Shown here piece by piece: positions 1-8,958 of a DNA stretch of 64,000 nucleotides. Origin of the DNA: Candidatus Latescibacterota bacterium. GTDB taxonomy: Bacteria > Latescibacterota > UBA2968 > UBA8231. A program made the translations under genes and the position numbers. How positions within the stretch are numbered: position 1 is the stretch's first letter; each line of letters opens with the position of its first letter. The stretch covers positions 2,720,001-2,784,000 of the forward strand of contig OY730476.1 in assembly GCA_963422735.1 (NCBI GenBank), read 5' to 3'. Below the pieces are notes generated by a model that saw nothing but the letters and a program-made list of their open reading frames with translations, searched no databases and was not told the origin of the DNA.

Positions 1-500
1 ATACCGCCGCCGTCGCGCCCGCTCCACAAGCCCGCTTGCGAGGCCACGTTGATGATTTTGCCGGACTGGACCTCCTTCATCGCCGTGCTGACCGCTTGGC
101 AGCAGTGAATGGTGGCGGTGAGGTTGATGTCCATTATGTAGCGGTAGTGGGCCTCCCCAGCCAAGGAGGCGGCTTGCTCTTCGTGCGAGCGCAAGTTGCC
201 GCCGGCGTTGTTGACGAGTATGTCGATGCGGCCAAAGGCGTCGAGAGCCTTGGCGACCAAAGCGTCCACCGCTTGGCGATCGGCGACATCCACGGCAATG
301 CCCACGGCGCGGCGACCGAGATTGACGACTTCGGCTTCCACGGTCTCGGCCGTGAGTTCTTCGCCGTATTCGCGGGCGGCCTGCAGATCTATGTCGGCGA
401 TGACAATGTCCGCGCCCAAGCGGGCGAGATGGAGGACGTAAGCGCGGCCCAAGCCGCGCGCACCACCTGTGATGAGAGCTACCTTGCCTTCGAGCGACAT
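1..500 (-). CDS. SDR family NAD(P)-dependent oxidoreductase, 3' end outside the window
   Basis: Not in the ORF track. Manual translation from ATG at 500 (RBS AAGGAG) gives MSLEGKVALITGGARGLG...DILVNNAG...GKIINVASQAG, i.e. the TGxxxGxG and NNAG SDR motifs. Confidence 0.9.
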   Translation of the reverse strand, partial: MSLEGKVALITGGARGLGRAYVLHLARLGADIVIADIDLQAAREYGEELTAETVEAEVVNLGRRAVGIAVDVADRQAVDALVAKALDAFGRIDILVNNAGGNLRSHEEQAASLAGEAHYRYIMDINLTATIHCCQAVSTAMKEVQSGKIINVASQAGLWSGRDGGG

Positions 501-654
501 CGAAAATCTCCTTTTAGACCAATAATTAGGACATGGCGTCAGTCGTCGGCAACCAACAAGGGGCCAGAGGAATTGAGGAAAACTTGCATGGAAAGAGGGG
601 CGTTTGACAGATTAGGTACTGACGAATAAACACAACCTACCAGAAAGAGATCTA

Positions 655-2037
655 ATGGCAGAGCAAATCGGTGCGATTATTGAACAGGGGCCGGAGGACT
701 GGCAGATCGTGCAGCAGGACGGGCGTGGAGAGGGGAGGATTGAGTTGGGGGGCAGGTGGAAGTTCGAGACCCCCGGACAAGTGGAGGTACGCTTGGTGTG
801 GGAGGATACGGGGGTGGCTGTTGCGGCCGGTTTGGACTGGCAGGCTGTGCAGACAGAGGAAGATGGCACTTGGAAAGCTGTTTTGGAACACATCCCCGCG
901 GGAGGGCTTTACCGGTTGGAGACGCGGTTGCGGACGGCGGATAATCTGGCCGGGGAGTGGTCGCCGCGAGGGGATATGCGGCACTTTTTGGGGGTAGGCG
1001 ATTTGTGGGTGATTGCCGGGCAGAGCAATTCGGCGGGATACGGGCGCGGGCCTTACGAGGATCCAGTGGAGTTGGGGGTGCATCTGTTCAGAAATAGCGA
1101 GCACTGGGCACTGGCGACGCATCCGATGAATGAATCGACGGATACCCAACACGCGGTGAACCAAGAGGCCGCCAATCCGGGGCACTCGCCCTACCTGCAA
1201 TTTGGGCGTACGCTCAAGAAGACGCTCGCGCACCCGGTGGGTTTGGTGCAGACGGCGTTGGGAGGCTCTCCGCTCAGTCGGTGGAATCCCGGTGAACTTA
1301 GGGCGGCGGACCTGTTTGACAATATGGTGCAGTGCGTGAGCAAGGTAGGGGGAAAGGTCCGGGGGATTGTGTGGTACCAAGGGGAAAGCGATGCGGGTAC
1401 GGACGCGGATGCGACCAGTTATACACAGCGGTTCCAGCAAGCGGTCGCCGCTTGGCGGGAGGCCCTTGCAGACGCGGAGTTGCCGGTGCTCACCGTGCAG
1501 CTAAATCGCGTGTACCAACCCGCCGACCCGGATGCCGACCGGCGCTGGAGCCAGGTGCGCGAGGCGCAGCGGCAGGCAGCGGGGCAAACGCCGGGCGTAG
1601 GCGTGGTGCCGGCACTCGACTTGCCGCTTGCGGATCTGATCCACACCAGTCCCGCCGGCAACATGCTCTTGGGCGAGCGATTGGCGCAGGCAGCTTTGGG
1701 GCTTGTCTATGGCCAAGCGGTAGCTTGGAAGGCACCGGATTTGGCAGCGGCCCGGCAGCGGCAGGACCGCGTTGAGCTGGAATTTGCTGCCGTCGAGAGC
1801 CGGATGGACACCATCGACACAGGGGCCAACAGCTTCCGGGTTGAGGATGAGGCCGGCGAGGTGCCGGTTGTAGAGGTGGTCTATCCACAGGACCACCGCG
1901 TCGAACTAGTCTTGGAGCGGCCCTTGCAAGGGCCGGCTAGAGTCCACGGTGGCTACGGCAAGGCCCCGGCGACCGTGCCAGCGGATATGGAGCGATTTTT
2001 GCCCATGTTGGGCTTTTGGGGCGTGGAGATTATCTGA
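655..2037 (+). CDS. Sialate O-acetylesterase (SASA/DUF303, SGNH hydrolase) family protein
   Basis: GDLWVIAGQSN, WYQGESD and DxxH (DLIH) motifs. Confidence 0.85.
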   Translation: MAEQIGAIIEQGPEDWQIVQQDGRGEGRIELGGRWKFETPGQVEVRLVWEDTGVAVAAGLDWQAVQTEEDGTWKAVLEHIPAGGLYRLETRLRTADNLAGEWSPRGDMRHFLGVGDLWVIAGQSNSAGYGRGPYEDPVELGVHLFRNSEHWALATHPMNESTDTQHAVNQEAANPGHSPYLQFGRTLKKTLAHPVGLVQTALGGSPLSRWNPGELRAADLFDNMVQCVSKVGGKVRGIVWYQGESDAGTDADATSYTQRFQQAVAAWREALADAELPVLTVQLNRVYQPADPDADRRWSQVREAQRQAAGQTPGVGVVPALDLPLADLIHTSPAGNMLLGERLAQAALGLVYGQAVAWKAPDLAAARQRQDRVELEFAAVESRMDTIDTGANSFRVEDEAGEVPVVEVVYPQDHRVELVLERPLQGPARVHGGYGKAPATVPADMERFLPMLGFWGVEII

Positions 2038-2759
2038 TGAGTATGGTACTCGCAAGCACCTTCTCGGTTGCTCTGCTATTGGCAAATGGCAGCGCTGAAG
2101 TACAGGCGAGTCTGGTAGGTGCTTGGGAGGGCTGCCGGAGCGAGTTTGGCACCTTCGTAGAGCATTTCTATATCGAGTTCAATGGCGATGGGCGCTTTCG
2201 CCGCGTCGCACTTCGGGACGATCCAGAGCGGCCGGTCGCGGAAGACCAAGGCCGGTACGAGGCCAGTGGCGACGTTTTGACCCTGCATTACACCGCAGAT
2301 GTCGGTGGGGTGCTTGCCGAGCAAAGCGAGGCCGTGCCCTTCCAGCTAGCGGCCGACATCCTGCATTGGGGAGCCGAACCCGCAATCGCCTTGGCGCGAG
2401 CGCAGGAACTAGGCAACGAGCTGTTGGGGAGTTGGGGCATCGTCAATTTTGCCGATGGGACGCTGGTCGGGGACGTGGTCTTCCGGGCGGATGGGACCTA
2501 TGAGCTGGAGTTGGGCGTCGTCGGGCAGAGCGGGGTCTGGGCACAGGCGGGATCTGGCCTAGTCCACTGGCCGACGAAGGCCGACGCTGCCGGGATCGTC
2601 GGGTTGCCGGCGGTGTGGACTAATGTGCGCGTCGAGGGCGACCAACTCTTCTACGACATCGCCTGCAGTTTCACCGTTGAGGCCGTGCGGTTGGCCACAG
2701 CCGTGGCAGAGGTGTCTTGGGGGGCGATCAAGCACCGTCTCGCAGGCCGGCCAAAATAG
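2037..2759 (+). CDS. Secreted hypothetical protein with two lipocalin-like beta repeats and a C-terminal TAVxxxSWGxIK motif
   Basis: ATG overlaps the upstream TGA; N-terminal signal-like hydrophobic stretch; repeated LxGxW...F..DG.Y/F pattern. Confidence 0.7.
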   Translation: MSMVLASTFSVALLLANGSAEVQASLVGAWEGCRSEFGTFVEHFYIEFNGDGRFRRVALRDDPERPVAEDQGRYEASGDVLTLHYTADVGGVLAEQSEAVPFQLAADILHWGAEPAIALARAQELGNELLGSWGIVNFADGTLVGDVVFRADGTYELELGVVGQSGVWAQAGSGLVHWPTKADAAGIVGLPAVWTNVRVEGDQLFYDIACSFTVEAVRLATAVAEVSWGAIKHRLAGRPK

Positions 2760-3681
2760 CCGTGGCGAGCTCCATGGTAGCTATGGCCTCGTCCAAGTCC
2801 GCAGCCGGTGGGCCTATGGGGCGGCCGGCCTTGATGCAGTCAAAGAAGTGGGCAGCTTGTGTTAGGGTGCTATCTGGGCCGGCCTTTTGCAAGTGCTTGC
2901 GCTCTCCGTCGCAGACCAACTCGCAGGTGGAAATTCCCTCTAAATAGGCCGAGATGTCGCGGCCGTGGATCTCGTAGCGCTCTAAGCGGGCGTCGGTGGT
3001 GTAGTTGGCGCAGATCTGGGCGACGCAGTCGTTCTCAAAGACGACCAACGCGGCGTGTACATCCTTGTAGGCGGATGCGCGCCGGACAAAGCTTTCGACT
3101 TCGGCGACCGGGGATCCACCCAAGTGGCGCACCAGATCGATCGCGTGGATCGGGCTTTCGAGCAGCATGTTGTCCATGACGATTTCGGGGAAGCGACCGG
3201 CGGCGATAAAACGGCTCATGCTCTTGTGGAACTGGCCGACTAGCTGGTAGATCGGGCCGCGGGCCGCGATCTCCTTGCACACTTGTAGGACTAGCGGATC
3301 GAAGCGGCGATTCCAGCCGACCATGCCACGGGCACCGCTGGCCTCGGCGGCCTCTTTGAGAGCGCGGGTCTGGTCCAAGCTCATACCCGGAGGTTTTTCC
3401 AGCAGGGTGTCGATGCCTCGCTCCAAACACGGCAGGGCCGCCTCGGCGTTGAGATGGGCCGGGGTCGCGACGATCGCGGCGGTCAATTCCTCGGCATTGA
3501 GCATGGCCTCTGCGTCCGCGTAGCGACGCTCTATGCCCCACTCGTCGCCCACCTGTTCGCGGTTTGCCGCAACGGGATCGCAGATGGCGACCAACTCGAC
3601 CTCCGCCAGCGAGTGCAGGGCGCGTACGTGGCCTCGACCACGGCCACCGCAGCCAATTAATCCGACAGGTATATTTGCCAA
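2728..3681 (-). CDS. Gfo/Idh/MocA family oxidoreductase
   Basis: GLIGCGGRG Rossmann motif, EKPP, GWNRRF, IHAID. Confidence 0.9.
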   Translation of the reverse strand: MANIPVGLIGCGGRGRGHVRALHSLAEVELVAICDPVAANREQVGDEWGIERRYADAEAMLNAEELTAAIVATPAHLNAEAALPCLERGIDTLLEKPPGMSLDQTRALKEAAEASGARGMVGWNRRFDPLVLQVCKEIAARGPIYQLVGQFHKSMSRFIAAGRFPEIVMDNMLLESPIHAIDLVRHLGGSPVAEVESFVRRASAYKDVHAALVVFENDCVAQICANYTTDARLERYEIHGRDISAYLEGISTCELVCDGERKHLQKAGPDSTLTQAAHFFDCIKAGRPIGPPAADLDEAIATMELATAILAGLRDGA

Positions 3682-3719
3682 CGGAATTTCCTAGTTTACG
3701 GTTGGGGATTCAGGTTTCA

Positions 3720-3850
3720 TTTAGGCGGTTTCACTCGGCTGGCTCGTAGCCCTCGTCCGGGCTAGCGCGGTCCCCCGCGTCGATGTTCCGGGGCCCGTCG
3801 CCGGGTACCCGCCGCCAAGGGGGCGGATGGGACGGACCACGGACCACGGA
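3720..3850. ncRNA. Candidate structured RNA (multi-hairpin element in the leader of the Gfo/Idh/MocA gene); family not recognised
   Basis: Consecutive GC-rich hairpins TAGCCC/GGGCTA, CGCGG/CCGCG, CCCG/CGGG, CCGCC/GGCGG in a non-coding gap. Confidence 0.35.
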
Positions 3851-3913
3851 TTAAACAGTCCTTATTCTAGGAAAGCCGTTCGCCATAAACGTAGCCTCTT
3901 TCCCACCAAAGCA

Positions 3914-3950
3914 AAACGGGCTACGCCTTTTGACGTAACCCGTTGTTTTT
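3914..3950 (-). terminator. Probable terminator hairpin downstream of tRNA-Arg
   Basis: AACGGGCTACG...CGTAACCCGTT imperfect inverted repeat flanked by A/T runs. Confidence 0.5.
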
Positions 3951-3952
3951 AA

Positions 3953-4029
3953 TGGCGCACCCACAGGGACTCGAACCCCGAACCTTCTGATCCGTAGTCA
4001 GGTGCTCTATCCAATTGAGCTATGGGTGC
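3953..4029 (-). tRNA. tRNA-Arg(ACG)
   Basis: Reverse complement GCACCCATAGCTCAATTGGATAGAGC...CT-ACG-GA...GGTTCGAGTCC...GGGTGCGCCA; cloverleaf with encoded CCA. Confidence 0.97.
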
Positions 4030-4160
4030 ACAGCAAAATGCAGTGTTATAAAATAGACGCAGCCCCCACGCTCGTCAAGGCACGAGCCCCTCGCGTAGCG
4101 CATCAGTTAATATCCCTTTGGGCCAAGCTTCAAGTAGGGAAAATGATTCAGACTGATGCA

Positions 4161-5330
4161 CTACCGCCCTTCGGACAGAGCTTCCAAGTACTTGTAGCCT
4201 GACCCCGTATTGAAGAGCACCACGCGCTCGTCCGAGGCCACTAGTCCCTGCTCTTTGAGCTTGATTAGGGCCGCGAGCGTTGCCCCGCCTTCGGGCGCGG
4301 GGAAAATGCCCGCGTACGCCGCCATGCTGTGCGAATGCGCGAGCAATTCTTCGTCGCTGACGGCAAGAGCTGTGCCACCGCTTTCCCGCAACACCTGCAA
4401 CATTAGAAAGTCGCCGACCGCACTAGGGACGCGTAGGCCCGAGGCCACGGTGTGGGCGTCTTCCCACGCTTGAGCAGATTCGTGGCCGCGGGCAAAAGCC
4501 CGGACAATCGGCGCACAGCCTTCGGCCTGCACCGAGATCATCCGCGGCCTGTGTCGGCCAATCCAGCCGAGTTGCTCCAGCTCGGCGAATGCCTTCCACA
4601 TCCCGATCAGCCCCGTGCCCCCGCCGGTGGGATAAATCACCACGTCGGGCAGGGACCAATCCATCTGCTCGGCCAGCTCATAGCCCAAAGTCTTCTTGCC
4701 CTCGATCCGGTAAGGCTCTTTCAGGGTCGATACCTCAAACCACCCCTCGGCTTCTTTACGCTCGCCGACGATGCGGCCGCAATCGCTGATTAGCCCGTCG
4801 ACCAGCTCGACTTCGGCACCGCAGGACCGACACTCGGCGACAAAGGCCAGCGGCGTATCGCGGGGCATAAAGACAATCGCCGGCAGGCCACAGGCGGCCG
4901 CGTAGGCCGCCAGCGCACCACCGGCATTGCCCGCCGTAGGGATAGCTAGTTTTTTCGCGCCTCGTGCGCGGGCGCAACTGACGGCGGCCGAGAGGCCGCG
5001 TGCCTTGAAGGAGCCAGTGGGATTGGGCGATTCGTCCTTGATGTAGAGCTGAGCAAAGCCGGTCCAGCGGCCCAAGCGCTCCGGGTGCTGCAACGGGGTG
5101 AAGCCCTCCCCGAGGGAGACGATTTCCGCGGGTGTGCGGATGGGCATGACTTCCCGGTAGCGCCACATCGTCGGCGGGCGGGTGCTAATCGCGGCGCGGG
5201 CCAGCGCGTGGCGAGCTCGGTCGAGGTCGTAGCAGGCGAGGAGGGGTGCCCCCGCCTCCGAGAGGTTGTGCAGCGCGTCGGCGTCGTAGCGCGCACCCGT
5301 GCGGGCGCACTCTAGATGGGTCATGAACAC
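4161..5330 (-). CDS. thrC: Threonine synthase (PLP, fold type II)
   Basis: SLGEGFTPL, NPTGSFKARG, TAGNAG, YPTGGGTG, FNTGSGYKY. Confidence 0.9.
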   Translation of the reverse strand: MFMTHLECARTGARYDADALHNLSEAGAPLLACYDLDRARHALARAAISTRPPTMWRYREVMPIRTPAEIVSLGEGFTPLQHPERLGRWTGFAQLYIKDESPNPTGSFKARGLSAAVSCARARGAKKLAIPTAGNAGGALAAYAAACGLPAIVFMPRDTPLAFVAECRSCGAEVELVDGLISDCGRIVGERKEAEGWFEVSTLKEPYRIEGKKTLGYELAEQMDWSLPDVVIYPTGGGTGLIGMWKAFAELEQLGWIGRHRPRMISVQAEGCAPIVRAFARGHESAQAWEDAHTVASGLRVPSAVGDFLMLQVLRESGGTALAVSDEELLAHSHSMAAYAGIFPAPEGGATLAALIKLKEQGLVASDERVVLFNTGSGYKYLEALSEGR

Positions 5331-5908
5331 GGGGCGGCGTACAGTCCTTTCGCAAGTATGTGAGCCTCGACCGCTTCGGGCACCATGTAGCGGATGGACA
5401 GGCCAGCGGCCCGACGCGTCCGAATCTCGGTCGATGATAGCTCAATGAGCGGGGTATCTATGAAGCGCAGGTGCGCCAAAAGCTTCGGGTCGCCGCCCGT
5501 CACCTCGCCTCGGCGCGCCCCCGCCACCACCGTACACTGGGCAAAAATGCCTTTGAGGTCGTACCAAGCGTCGAGTTGGGCGGTGTTGTCCGCACCGATG
5601 ATGAAGAACAGCGCGACATGGGGATGAAGCTGGTGCAGCAGGCGCAGAGTTTCTACGGTATAGGACTTGCCCGGGCGGTCTAGCTCTAAGCGCGAGGCCG
5701 CAAAGTCGGCGCAGCCAGCCACGGCCAGTTCGACCATGGCCCAGCGCTCCTCGGCCGGTGCATACGCGCCCTGTTTGAGCGGCGGATCGGCCGCCGGAAT
5801 GAAGAGTACTTCGTCGAGGGGAATTTTCTCTAAGGCGAAGCGGGCCAAAAGCAGGTGGCCGTGATGGATGGGGTCAAAGGTGCCACCGATGACGCCGATG
5901 CGCCGCAT
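5321..5908 (-). CDS. nadD: Nicotinate-nucleotide adenylyltransferase
   Basis: Start moved to MRRIGVIGGTFDPIHHGH; SYTVETL, IIGAD, LSSTEIR motifs. Confidence 0.93.
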   Translation of the reverse strand: MRRIGVIGGTFDPIHHGHLLLARFALEKIPLDEVLFIPAADPPLKQGAYAPAEERWAMVELAVAGCADFAASRLELDRPGKSYTVETLRLLHQLHPHVALFFIIGADNTAQLDAWYDLKGIFAQCTVVAGARRGEVTGGDPKLLAHLRFIDTPLIELSSTEIRTRRAAGLSIRYMVPEAVEAHILAKGLYAAPCS

Positions 5909-5910
5909 CT

Positions 5911-6657
5911 TCAACCCGGCGATTGGCTCAGCCCAGAAAGGTGCTTTTGCACGCTCTCCACCAGCACCGGGTCCCCGCTGTCTTGCAGCACTTCCTTCCA
6001 GTAGCGCACCGCTAAATCCACATCGTCTTGGGCGCGGGCGATTTCGCCCATGCGGAAGAGAGTGGTGTAATACCACTCGCCAACATCCGGGTACTCGCGC
6101 AGAACTTCCTCGTAAGCCATTTTGGCCGAGTCGAGATAGCCCTGCTTGTGGTATAGACGGGCACTTAGGTACTGCTTCTTGGCCAAGCGGGTCCGGCACT
6201 CGACAATGCGCTGGCGGGCCTGTTCGGCCATGGGCGAGTCAGGATGGTCCTCGATGAAGTTGCGGAAGGCCGTCAGGGCCTCAAAGGTTTCCTTCTGGTC
6301 GAGCTCCGGGCGGCGCAATTGCTTGAAGTACGACTCGCCTGTCTTGAACTCCGCCTCAACCGCCCACTCGCTAGACGGATAAATATCGACGATGCGCTGA
6401 TACTCAAAGGCTGCGTTGACCCAATCGCGATTGCAAAAGTACGCTTCGGCGAGAAGGAATTGCGCCTCGGCAACCCGGCGCGAGCCGGGAAAATTGCTGA
6501 CTAAGCGCTTGAAGTGCTCGGAGGCCTCTAGACAGCGGTTTTTCCCCATGGCCTTTTGGCCTTCTTCAAAGTAGTAATCTGCGCCTTGGAGTTTCTCGGG
6601 CGGCGTGCTGGCGCAGGCGACAACGCACAGGGCAAGCGGGAAAGCGAGGTGTTTCAT
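5911..6657 (-). CDS. bamD: Outer membrane protein assembly factor BamD (TPR lipoprotein)
   Basis: Lipobox VVAC; TPR repeats; RPELDQKET...F..F...PDS; LAKK.Y..ARLY; bamD-nadD adjacency. Confidence 0.85.
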   Translation of the reverse strand: MKHLAFPLALCVVACASTPPEKLQGADYYFEEGQKAMGKNRCLEASEHFKRLVSNFPGSRRVAEAQFLLAEAYFCNRDWVNAAFEYQRIVDIYPSSEWAVEAEFKTGESYFKQLRRPELDQKETFEALTAFRNFIEDHPDSPMAEQARQRIVECRTRLAKKQYLSARLYHKQGYLDSAKMAYEEVLREYPDVGEWYYTTLFRMGEIARAQDDVDLAVRYWKEVLQDSGDPVLVESVQKHLSGLSQSPG

Positions 6658-6659
6658 AG

Positions 6660-7283
6660 CTAGCGATTAGAAAAGAACAAATAGATAAGCCCACCGAGCA
6701 CGGTGGATACAATCACAGGTTCGACGAACTTGCTCCACGTTTGTTCCTCTAATTCGGTCTTGGCGAATTTGAACTGGTCGTGCTGGAGTATTTCTAGCTG
6801 CTTTTTGGGGATCCGATCGCGCTGCATGCGGGTGATTTCGTCCTGCCAATGAACCACGTCGTCGCGCTCGTCGCTCAAGCGCAGGGCGAGCGTTACCCGG
6901 CCCTGGCGGCTGACCTCGCTGCCGCGCAGTCCCGAGTGCCCTAAGACGCCGAGGTCGAGCACCCGATAGGACAGGCGCATACTCGTTGGTTGGGCCGCGG
7001 TCGAATCCAAGGTCACTCTAAAGCCGCGCGTCAGCAGCCGGTTGGTCAGCAGGTGCTCGACCATCCAATTGGCGTCGTGCTTGCTCTGCGCCACGACCAA
7101 AAAGGGGGCCATCGCAGCGTTGGCTGGCATCTCAATGCGCGCCAAACTCTCATCGACCGCACTCGCCACGGTCTCGACCAACAGGTCCATATTAGTGGGA
7201 AAAGGAGCAGCAACCGACGCGGTGGCACAGACCATCAGCGCGGCCAAAAGGCGATAATAGACTCGGAGCAAGATCGTTCGCAT
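6660..7283 (-). CDS. Conserved hypothetical exported protein with C-terminal membrane anchor
   Basis: Signal peptide; C-terminal EPVIVSTVLGGLIYLFFSNR; tightly coupled to neighbours. Confidence 0.7.
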   Translation of the reverse strand: MRTILLRVYYRLLAALMVCATASVAAPFPTNMDLLVETVASAVDESLARIEMPANAAMAPFLVVAQSKHDANWMVEHLLTNRLLTRGFRVTLDSTAAQPTSMRLSYRVLDLGVLGHSGLRGSEVSRQGRVTLALRLSDERDDVVHWQDEITRMQRDRIPKKQLEILQHDQFKFAKTELEEQTWSKFVEPVIVSTVLGGLIYLFFSNR

Positions 7284-8017
7284 TAATCGCCTAGTTGCTT
7301 TATCTGTTCGCGAACAGTGGGCACGTATTCGCTGTCTGGATATTCGTTGAGCAGCTTGCGCAAGGCATCAAGCACCCGGTCGCGCTCGCCCAGGGCGAGG
7401 TGGCAGCGGGCGATTTTTAGCTGGGCGTCGTCGGCCTTACCCGTGTTGCTGAAGGCAAACACCTTGGTGAATTCGATGAGCGCCTGCTGGTATTTGTGCA
7501 GCCCGTAATAGCACTCGCCCTTCCAGTACTGGGCGTTGTCGGACCATTCGCTCATGGGTGCTTCCTGCAGCAAGCGGTCAAACTCCACCAAGGCGCGGTC
7601 GTATTGTTCGTGGCGATAGTAGTAGAGCGCACCTTGGTACATGTTGAACGCATCGCTTTTGCCGACATCAGCCCTCGTATCGGCCCGTGTATCGCGGCGG
7701 CTGGTGTTGGCGGCGGCGCGCGGCATCGCACGGCGAGGCAAAGAATCCAGCCGCGCACTTAGGACGCGGCTCTGGCTTTGGAGAACCCTGAGTGCCTGCC
7801 GCAACTGGGCGTTAGATTCCTCTAGCTGGCGCATGCGCTCGGCCGTGGCCTGCTCGCGCTCGTACGCGGCCGCAACAGCGCGTTCGAGGGCCTGGAGAGC
7901 TTCGACTTCCTCTTGCTGGGCTTCTTCCCACTGGACGAGGGGTTGTTCGACTTGCGGTGGCGCAGCGCAAGACCCAAGACCCAAGGCCAACGCCAACGCG
8001 CTTTTCGCGCTTTTCAT
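7283..8017 (-). CDS. Tol-Pal associated CpoB/YbgF-like coiled-coil + TPR lipoprotein
   Basis: Lipobox LGSC, coiled coil, SDNAQYWKGECYY, KADDAQLK, YPDSEY. Confidence 0.8.
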   Translation of the reverse strand: MKSAKSALALALGLGSCAAPPQVEQPLVQWEEAQQEEVEALQALERAVAAAYEREQATAERMRQLEESNAQLRQALRVLQSQSRVLSARLDSLPRRAMPRAAANTSRRDTRADTRADVGKSDAFNMYQGALYYYRHEQYDRALVEFDRLLQEAPMSEWSDNAQYWKGECYYGLHKYQQALIEFTKVFAFSNTGKADDAQLKIARCHLALGERDRVLDALRKLLNEYPDSEYVPTVREQIKQLGD

Positions 8018-8102
8018 CACATTTTTAATCGGAAGCACAAATGAACCATCTTCGACGAATATAGCACAATCCCCCTCCCAAACCAAATATGCACAAGGGG
8101 CG

Positions 8103-8618
8103 TCACGCGCAGGGCAGTGCCTTGATGCGCTCGACTAATTGGGTGGTGGAAATGCCCGGCCACAGCGGCAAGGCGCGAACTTGGCCGCCGCACACTTCGA
8201 CGTGTTCGCGGCCGACGATGGCGGCTGGGGCGTAATCGCCACCCTTGACCAAGACATCGGGCGCGAGTGCGGCCACGAGATTCTCGACGCTTTCACCAGA
8301 GAAAATGCACACATGCGAAACGCATTCTAAGGCCGCGAGCACGGCGGCGCGGTCGCCTTGCGGGCAGAAGGGCCGGCCCCGTCCCTTGAGGGCGCGGACC
8401 CCGTCGTCATCGTTTAACCCCACTGCGAGGCAATCGCCCAAAGCGCGCGCCGCGCGCAGGTACTCGATGTGGCCGCGGTGCAGTAGGTCAAAGCATCCAT
8501 TGGTGAAGACGAAGGTTTGCCGCGCTTTTTTCAATTGGCTGCGGACGGCAAGCAACTGGTCGCACGTAATGATCTTGGCGGGACCGGCCAAGGCCGGCTG
8601 TGCGTCGGGCGACTGCAT
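8103..8618 (-). CDS. rfaE2: D-glycero-beta-D-manno-heptose 1-phosphate adenylyltransferase (RfaE/HldE domain II)
   Basis: VFTNGCFDLLHRGH, LKGRGRP, PDVLVKGGDY, GISTT. Confidence 0.92.
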   Translation of the reverse strand: MQSPDAQPALAGPAKIITCDQLLAVRSQLKKARQTFVFTNGCFDLLHRGHIEYLRAARALGDCLAVGLNDDDGVRALKGRGRPFCPQGDRAAVLAALECVSHVCIFSGESVENLVAALAPDVLVKGGDYAPAAIVGREHVEVCGGQVRALPLWPGISTTQLVERIKALPCA

Positions 8619-8630
8619 GGGCAAAGACGA

Positions 8631-8720
8631 AGTGATCAGTGGTTAGTGATCAGTGATCACTGATCAGCCCTCACACCGCCCCGGTGAGGATGGGTGGGGT
8701 GGACTAACCACTAACCACAA
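8631..8720. repeat. Heptamer-based palindromic intergenic element
   Basis: AGTGATC/AGTGGTT heptamer run paired with CTAACCA-CTAACCA, around an internal CCTCAC...GTGAGG hairpin. Confidence 0.55.
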
Positions 8721-8725
8721 TCAGA

Positions 8726-8803
8726 TGGGGTGGATGACGGGAATTGAACCCGCGCCCTCCAGGGCCACAACCTGGCGCTCTAACCAACTGAGCTACATCC
8801 ACC
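8726..8803 (-). tRNA. tRNA-His(GTG)
   Basis: Reverse complement GGTGGATGTAGCTCAGTTGGTTAGAGCGCCAGGTT-GTG-GCCCTGG...GGTTCAATTCC...CCCCA; includes G-1. Confidence 0.97.
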
Positions 8804-8812
8804 ATATGTCTG

Positions 8813-8886
8813 CGTGCCCAGTAGGACTCGAACCTACGACCGTCTGCTTAGAAGGCAGATGCTCTATCCAACTGAGCTATGGGCAC
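8813..8886 (-). tRNA. tRNA-Arg(TCT), CCA not encoded
   Basis: Reverse complement GTGCCCATAGCTCAGTTGGATAGAGCATCTGCCT-TCT-AAGCAGA...GGTTCGAGTCCTACTGGGCACG. Confidence 0.95.
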
Positions 8887-8958
8887 ATCGCCACGAACAG
8901 TTAAAAAGCGTTTAAAAACATTAGGGGCTATTGCGATCAAAGTCAACGCGCCCCGCGG

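Noticed and set aside
36-629. 197-aa plus-strand ORF
   Set aside because: Antisense shadow of the minus-strand SDR gene, which has clear motifs and an RBS.
3735-3833. HDV-like or theta ribozyme (GTCCC...GGCGGATGGGAC, CCCTCGT loop) near a tRNA
   Set aside because: I could not build P3/L3 and P1.1 in the required nested double-pseudoknot order, and the resemblance is on the strand opposite the tRNA.
3875-3900. GTTCGCCATAAACG resembling the fluoride riboswitch core
   Set aside because: The 5' GGCGATGG and 3' CTAATGAC elements are missing and there is no fluoride-related gene downstream.
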